A DNA stretch of 64,000 nucleotides from the human T2T-CHM13v2.0 reference genome, Homo sapiens. The stretch is taken from assembly GCF_009914755.1 (NCBI RefSeq), contig NC_060929.1. One strand, written 5' to 3'. The translations under genes were made by a program, and so were the position numbers. The notes beneath the pieces were generated by a model, which was given only the letters and a program-made list of their open reading frames with translations, made no database searches and was not told the DNA's origin. Within the stretch, counting starts at the first letter, position 1. Each line of letters starts with the position of its first letter. This document shows, in pieces, positions 52,301 through 64,000 of this stretch.

Positions 52301-54699
52301 TGTGCTTGTCATTGGGCTAAGGAGAGGGAAAGGAGAAATTATTAGATAAAGATAAATCCTGCAAGGAGCTAATACTAGCGTTCAAGATAAAGCACCAAGA
52401 AACAACCACAGATTAAGATCATGTGTAACAAAGGGCACAGCTATGCCTTGCAGAGAGAAAAGGAACTACAATTTAGGAGACCTTTTAAACCTATGTTTTC
52501 CACACAAAGATATGCGTATATAGAATATAACATAATGGTTCCCAGTCTCCTCTGGGATATGATTTTATGGATGCTAGTGTTCCCATTTGTGTTGCAAACC
52601 TTTCAGAGGCAGGAAATGTTCATTCCTAGCACTCCAGTGTCTATCATATTGGTGACTATGCTGTTAATTCTCAATGGTGTTGGCTGAATTTTAATATCCT
52701 TTACCTTTGATCCTGTTGAACTGTACATAATTCACAGCATGGATAAACAGAGGTGCTTAGATGTACGGTCTAATTTGGATGTGTGCAGTTAATACAAATG
52801 TGTTCCTCATCTTCTGTAAGTATATGGGCATTATCATATCTATATTTTTTAAAGTCAGAGAAACTTTAGAGTGAGGGCTGTCAAATACCAGTGTGAAAAT
52901 TCCAGAGTTTATCACAGCTCATCAACATTTATAGCAGAGTACCTGGCATACTGAAAGACACCAAGCAGTTTATGTATGACATCTACTTTTGTGCTATTGT
53001 ACCCTTGGTGAGCAGGAAATTAAGTGTGTTTGCACACAAATAACTTTATCTAGTGAGCACTCATTATTCTACAAGAATTGCAAGATTCATTGCCCTTTTT
53101 ACAACGTCATTATGAATTTATAAAATGCAATTTTACTTGAAATCTTTGATACTTAGATTTCACATATTTTCACCAAGTGGCTTACAGTTTACATTCTGTA
53201 AGTATTTTAAAATTCTTGCTTACGAATGTGCAAAATTATTGGAACTATTCTTTCATTGTTTGGGAATTGTGAATTTTTTTTCTTATTACTATTGTTGCCT
53301 AAGTGTTTCATGTCTCTGAAGCTATAACTTGTTATAAATTATAACAAATTTGGTATAAGATTACATTTTTATATTTTAGAAATCAACAATACATTCAGAA
53401 TATTCTCAGTAGTGTTGAATCTTTGTCTTGCAACAATTTATTATTTTCTGATAGGACCCAAAAGTTATCTGGACTACATGTGGAAAATAGAATAAATAAT
53501 CAAAACATATAATACATTTTGGTATTACATTGGTTTATTGGTAAATAAACTAAAAAATTATTTCTAAGAATTGGAACAGGTTTTTCTATGTAATCTATAA
53601 ACTGACACAGCAGAGAAAATCAACAGGGGTACATCAGTGTAATATGCACTGGAAATAAAAGGAAGAGAATCCTAAGTTTAAAAAAATTTCTACAGGAACA
53701 ATGTAAAGCATGACTGAAACATTTTTTCTTTCTTTCTTTTTTTGGTATCCTACTAAAGATCAGAAAATTATCCCTCCTACCTTAAAAACCTATAAAAGGG
53801 GAGAAAGTGTAATATGATTTTTTGAAGCAACAATTCTCCACTGAGTCACTGCAATCTGTTTCATGTACACTTGGAATTTTATTTTTCTCTCCTCCATAAA
53901 GTGTGCTACAAAACCATGGTGGTTTCCTTCTTTCTAAAATGCTGGGTTACAGGAGCATTTGTCATCACTGCCTCACTTGTTAACCTGCACTGATATTTCT
54001 ACATTTAGCCTTGTTTTTACAGTATTTCAGAGGTGTCTGATCATCTTTCAAATGATTAGGTGAGAAGAAAATCAAGAGAGAGAAAGGGGTGGTAACACCA
54101 TATAAGGAGTCACCACAGCTACTTGAATGTGAGCAAATGAAGCAGCTTATTCTGCTCCCAAATCGTAGCAGCAGACCAAAGCAGTATCACGGTCAGAACT
54201 CAATCAGACTCTGCGTTGACACCTCAGCCCCCTCACTCCCATCCCAGGGAAAACACATTAGAAATTGAGTTGTGATAATTTAGTCCTATATTCCTCTGTT
54301 TCCATTAAGAGACTCAATTTTAATTTAGGTATCAAATCTACTCAACAAGCATGTGCCCTGTAATTGACACCTTGGTTCTACCCACAGTCCTGAAGAAATA
54401 ACTGTATGAAAACCTCTCCCAGTAGCCTGAAAGAGCCGGAAGCTCACACGTGCACTCAGGCTAGGTTTTAGAAAGGCGTTTAATCTAGGCAGCAGATGTC
54501 ATACCTCTGTAAGAAACATACATAGTTACAAGAGTTGCCATATTCAGGAAAGCCTAAAACTATGCCACATCATATAGTTGCATATAGGGTTGCTCCTAGT
54601 CCAGATTCAGTTTAGAAATCCAGGGTCATTTTATCACAAGCAATTCAGCCTAAAAACATAGCTAACATTTTACACTTATCAGATTGCCAAGAGAACAGA

Positions 54700-55510
<811 letters not shown>

Positions 55511-55591
55511 TTATTCTTTGAGTAAAGTGACTGTATCTTTTATAATCAATTGTATACAACAGGGTAATCTCACCTAACCATTGATCCCACC

Positions 55592-55950
55592 TGTATTCAT
55601 CAGTTCTGGCTACTATAACAAAGTACCACAGACTTGGTACCTTCTAGACAATAAAAATTTATCTCTCACAGTTCTGAAGGCAGGAAGTCTGAGGGTGCCA
55701 GCATGACTGGGTTCTGCTGAGAGCCGTATTCTGGGTTACACATGACCATCTTGTTGTATCCTTACGTGGCTGAAAGTGGGCAAGGGAGCTCTCTGGGGTC
55801 TCTATTATAAGAACACTAATCCCATTTGTGAGGGTCCCACACTCATGACCTAATTACCTTCCAAAGGCTTCATCTTTTACTACCATCACATTGAGTGTTG
55901 GGATTTCAACATATAAATTTTGGGGGGACACAAACGTTCAATCCATAACA
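55592..55950 (-). mobile_element. MLT1A0-like solo LTR
   Basis: 'ctataacaaagtaccacagact', 'cactaatcccatt', 'ggggacacaaacgttcaatccataaca'. TSD ccacc/ccact. Confidence 0.88.
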
Positions 55951-56871
55951 CCACTTTAAAAAGAATATAACTGTTTCTCATGTAAGAGATTCATATTTCT
56001 GGTCTTTGATTATTTTCTTTCCATTACTAATTCATGTTTACAACTTCTTAGGGATCTTCCCAGACCTTGCAGAGTTGGGTCAGAGGCTCCACATCTTCCC
56101 CAGCACTAAATTACCATAATATAAGGGCTAGGAGTTCTCACTGTGGCAGTTGTCCTCATATTGCTGCGGCACTATTTTTTTTAAGCTTCTTTGTGTCATG
56201 CATTGGAATTCACTACGAATGGCCTTTACCTTCCTTGTTTCCTTCTTTTCTGCCAATCATAGCATCACTTTCAGGGCTACCTTTCCTCTTTGAAAACTTA
56301 TCCTCTCAAAGGGAATTTGGTCTCCTACATCCTTGGGAGCTCAACAAAATCATAACAGCACTTTTTAATGTAAATATTATATTAACAATTATGCTACAGG
56401 CATTACTAGACACTTTCTGTCAGTTTTTTGCTGACTACCTTAGCTACCATAATTGTACTGTCTAATTTATCTAATTGCCACTCACAGACCACTCCAACCT
56501 CATACCCACTACTGATTATAAAATTATCCTTATTCAATCATTTAGTGTGATGGAATCCCTCAGTCTGCCCTGACTGTTCATTTACTAGTCTGCTTTAATC
56601 TGAAGAGCTCTGTAATCTATAGCCTCAGGACAGATGAGGAGCCATTTATTGAGTTCTCCCAATTTTGGTTGATCTCAATTACCTACTTAGTTAAGCTCTT
56701 CAAAGATTATATTCCTAAGAAATAAACATCAGTGAGTTCCAAACTCTTTTGACTGTGCACCGCTATCGGTAGACAAAAATGTACTTACATGCACTATTGC
56801 CTTGTGCACTGAGAACGGTAGAATGCATATGCTGAAAATAGAGATCAGATAATAAGATAAAATTAATATGG

Positions 56872-57002
56872 GCATTAGGAGAAATACCTAATGTAGATGA
56901 TGGGTTGATGGGTGTGGCAAACCACCATGGCACATGTATACCTATGTAACAAACCTGCATATTCTGCACATGTATCCCAGAACTTAAAGTATAATAAAAA
57001 AA
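56872..57002 (+). mobile_element. Severely 5'-truncated L1PA (L1PA7/8-like) 3' end
   Basis: 'ggagaaatacctaatgtagatg..gggttgatgggtg', 'gtatacctatgtaacaaacctgca', 'ccagaacttaaagtataataaa'. Confidence 0.92.
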
Positions 57003-57019
57003 TTGAAAAAATATCTATG

Positions 57020-57765
57020 GTAAAGTTTTCTTCACTTTCAAAAGCTGTTTCTGTTTTTCCTGGTTATTGTTTACCTTACTCAGTAGAGGTGTTTCTAATC
57101 TGAAGACTTATGTCTTCTTCATGGTGAATTCTCATCCATTATCTCATTAAATGCTGTTATATACCATTCTCTGTATTTTCTCCTTTCTGAATTCATAGCA
57201 TATGCGTGCTGGACTTTCTGAATCTATCTTCCAAATCTCCTCTTTCATAGTTTTCATTTCTATATCTTTGTGTTGTGTTCTTCCATTTCATCATTCCTTC
57301 TTCAGCTGTTTCTGATCTTCTATTCAATGTATATTATGTTTTTATTTCAATAACTACTTTATTAAATTCTAAAAAATGTAGTGGTCATTTTCAAAATATC
57401 TGCTTCTTGTTTCATCATCCCTTGTTCTTATTTTGTTATCAACTGTACATTTTTTGGGGGTGTTCTCATTCCATTCTTTCTTTTAAAAATTATTAAAAGC
57501 ATTTATTGTAAAATTGTTTCTGATTGTTTAATTATCCATATTTTGGGGAGTTGGATTCCTAAGCTTGCTAAACGTATGACATGTTTTTCATTATTTTGGC
57601 CTTCGCAGTTATTCTGGGTTTCTTGCATGTAAAGACATCTGTGTAAATCCACAGTAGTTTCATGGAGGCCTCAGCATTGGCTATGTAGCACTGTAGGGAA
57701 ATTCAGCTTAGGAATATCACTCTATGTCTCTAATCTTCAGTTCCTACTTTCCCCACTAGTTCTTG

Positions 57766-57800
<35 letters not shown>

Positions 57801-57960
57801 ATTTCTACTTGTATTCTCCAGAGATTTCTCTTTCTTAGGATTTAACAATAATTGTGTGTTAATTATTATAAGTATGTGCCCAGTCTTTTTCATGAATTTA
57901 AAGCAGATGGAAGATAATTCAGCATGTGCTCAATGTTCAATGCATTCTCTTGAATCAGAA
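57020..57960 (-). mobile_element. Old L1ME/HAL1-type 5' region relic
   Basis: 'tctaatctgaagacttatgtcttc', 'tcttcagctgtttctgatct..tattcaat'. Highly diverged. Confidence 0.5.
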
Positions 57961-58821
57961 GCCTTTCCTTGGTTCTTGTCTCAGCTTTGCTATCAGTCTA
58001 ATAATGAACCAAGGGAATAAAAGAACTTGAGGTTGAGTAGTGAAGTGACTCAGAGTCTCTTTAGAGATCTCCAACTACTGCATATTCTAAGATGATGCTC
58101 TAAGCAGGCATGGGGGCCAGGGAGCATGTGTCTGCGGTCTGAAAACTGGATTGGCCATTATGAACATCTATTCTTAGCTCTGCTCTTGACTTTTGAAATA
58201 GTCTGAAGTAAAAGCTGCTGTCTCAGCTCCCTTATTGATGCTTCTTACTAACCTCAAAAGACCTTTCCCCTCAGTTCAATTTCAGAATATAATCTGCTAT
58301 GAAATTAAATGAGTTTTTAAGCCCCAATTTTCTTAACTCACAAAACAAGATCTTAGCTAAGAAAAGAAACTATATAATTACGTCATTTTTACCTTTTCTC
58401 ACTTTATCCTTTGCAAACACAAAGAGAAACACATTTCGTTTATCATTTTCCCCTAGATCTCATTAACCAACAGTGGAAAAAAGTATTGCTTTCTTTTATG
58501 CTCTCTTTTCCAATCTCCTGAAGTGTTGTAGTCTCCAAATAGATTAAAAATTTTATTTAATCTTTACCTTAAAATACAACTGCTTAATAAAAACAGACTT
58601 TAAGGGTTAAAAATTGTTTTTAAAGATTTAATTAAAACAATTTTTCAAATATGTAAGAAAATTGAGCCCTGAACAGAAAAAGTACATTAAAATGCTTATA
58701 AAGTTAATAATTGAATCTAGTTAGCAATGTAGGGAGAAAAATCATATGTACTATAAAAATGTGAGTATTACATATTCATAAAACAGGAGAAATGTTTTTC
58801 TTTTCTTAGTTTATTTAAAAA

Positions 58822-62082
<3,261 letters not shown>

Positions 62083-63039
62083 AAGTAATTAGTTTTTTAA
62101 AAAATGCCATCAGTTAAATAATAAATGGGAAAAAACTAAAGTGTATTTATATGTGTGTTATGCTTATATACCATTGTGGTAGGCAGGCATTCTTTCTGTA
62201 TTATAACATGCTAGTGGTGTTTTCTTTACTTTTTAAATGGTGTGAGCAATAAATTCACCTAGCATATTCTTTCACCCAAATTAAAGTTCTTAGGTACCAA
62301 TAAAGGTTATCCACACATTTGTCATGTATGGTTTTAAACACCTTGCCTCTCGTGAGTGAGATGGAGAATGAGAACAGTGGGGTCAAAAGTGATATTGGGC
62401 TGATAAGAGCTAGTTTAGAAAGAACTCAACAAAAGCCTCTGAAGTGTGATCCAGACCAGCAGCTCTGTCCAGTGATTTTGCCAGCTAAGGCATTATATAA
62501 AAACACACAGTGTGGAATAAACTTAGAAAACACAGCAGATTAAATATGCATGTTTATCTCTATCTCCTTCCCAAACAAAGGGGGGTGGCAGTTAAAAAAC
62601 CATAAGAATTATGATATTTTGAAAGAAGACAAAGATACATCAATGAATATCTGAAACATAAAGAGTAGATGAACAAATGAATGGTAAATGACTTAGAAGA
62701 GCAGTAGAAGCTGTTCTACTGCTCTCCAGAAGGGTCTGGAAAGGAGAATACTGATGAAAAGAAAGACAATCATTTCAGACAGAAATCTGAAAAAAACATA
62801 AGGTTTAGAAGCACCAAGTATCATGGAAGATGCAATGAGGAGACAAGGTGGAAATTAGTAGAGCATCAGTCTATGATTCAGATCAGTTAGATCCACATGG
62901 CTCTTCCTCCAGCCCATACAACTGGGCAGGAATTTTTCCCCCTAAAACTGAAAGGAGAACTAAGGTTTTCCTACAGAGAAGTTGATCCAGAAGGGGCAGG
63001 CATACCATGGAAATTGAAGGTGGACAAATGCCACTAAAC

Positions 63040-63111
63040 AGTAAAAATGTCTGCTCTTCTATTGGCTGAGTTCCTAGTAAAAATGTCTACTCTTCTATTG
63101 GCTGAGTTCCT
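63040..63111. repeat. 36-bp tandem duplication (2 copies, 1 mismatch)
   Basis: agtaaaaatgtct[g/a]ctcttctattggctgagttcct x2. Confidence 0.95.
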
Positions 63112-63349
63112 TTAATGCTAGAAGCTAAACAGGAAAAAGACTAGAATATTATTTTCTGGGTAGTCCAAAGAACTCCTGAGAAAAAAGAAAAGAAAAAGAA
63201 AAAAATACCTTCCACCAAACAACTGGGGAGATGTCTACCTTAGTAAGCAGATACATTTGCCACCTGATCCGCCGGCAGTGAGTCCCAAGAGTTAATAAAC
63301 TGCATTCCCAAGTGCACCCTATCAAAGCAAGCCAGAAATGAATAGTAGT

Positions 63350-63504
63350 TAAAGTGATGAAAACAAATTTTACTCAGGAACTATTGCAACTGGGGAAAAG
63401 AGACCTCAGTATAGAACTTGGCTCAATTCTAAATTTATCATAGATAACTGATGACTTATAGTCAAGGAGCAGGGCAGGGGTCAGTGTATAAAAAATTATG
63501 AAGA
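63350..63504 (-). mobile_element. ERV1-class LTR fragment (MER31/MER67-type)
   Basis: 'tcaggaactattgcaa.tggggaaaagagac', 'ttatagtcaaggagcaggg..ggggtcagtg'. Family and strand from recall, tentative. Confidence 0.45.
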
Positions 63505-64000
63505 GGGGAGAGGGGTAGAACAAGATGGAATAATAGAAGGCTCCACTGATAGTACCCTCTGCAAGGACACCAATTTAACAACTATCTACACAAACAAAGC
63601 ACCTTCATAAGAACCAAAAATCAGGTGAGCCATCACAGTAACTGGTTTTAACATCATATTGTTGAAAGAGGCACTGATAGTCTTGAATTGCCAATGCCAC
63701 CTTTCCTTCATCCCCAGCAGCATCTGGGTTGGTGCTGCAGAGAGAAAACCCGTGCACTAGTGATAAAGAGAGTGCAACAACTGTGAGACATTGCACTGAA
63801 TGCACTGCAGCCCTGTCACAGCAGAAAGCAAAACTCGGTTTCCCTCAGCTGATGCCCACCCACAGAAGGAGTATTTAAACCAGTCCTAGCCAGAGGAGAA
63901 TCGCCCATCCCAGTGGTCAGAACTTGATTTCTGGCAAGTCTTGCCAATTCAGGCTAAAGTGCTCCTGTCCTGCAAGAAATGTGAAAGAGGACTACTCCAA
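63505..64000 (+). mobile_element. L1 5'UTR start (L1M1/L1MA1-3-type), runs off the window
   Basis: 'caagatgg..aatagaagg' start, 'aacaactatctacac..aaagcaccttcataagaaccaaaaatcaggtgagc', 'gccctgtcacagcagaaagc'. Confidence 0.85.

Noticed and set aside
53329-53347. Palindrome ttgttataa-a-ttataacaa
   Set aside because: Only 9-bp AT-rich arms, expected by chance in 64 kb of AT-rich DNA.

Overview
This is AT-rich, CpG-depleted primate genomic DNA (AluY/AluS, L1PA/L1MA/L1M, MIR, L2, MaLR/ERV LTRs, Tigger-family DNA transposons), most likely human or another ape. It reads as intergenic or deep-intronic. I find no credible protein-coding gene, RNA gene or CpG island. The supplied ORFs are Alu/L1 read-throughs or chance frames. 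I cannot support a new biological system here. The most interesting signals are local rearrangement scars: a 158-bp templated copy of an Alu 5' junction placed 598 bp upstream of its source, a ~190-bp dispersed duplication, a probable L1 twin-priming inversion, a hairpin written into L1 ORF2, and a three-layer nested MaLR. There are also a few plus-strand candidate non-coding exons and motif-dense unique blocks. Repeat subfamily names come from my recall of consensus sequences, not from a RepeatMasker/Dfam run. Boundaries of old repeats are approximate.
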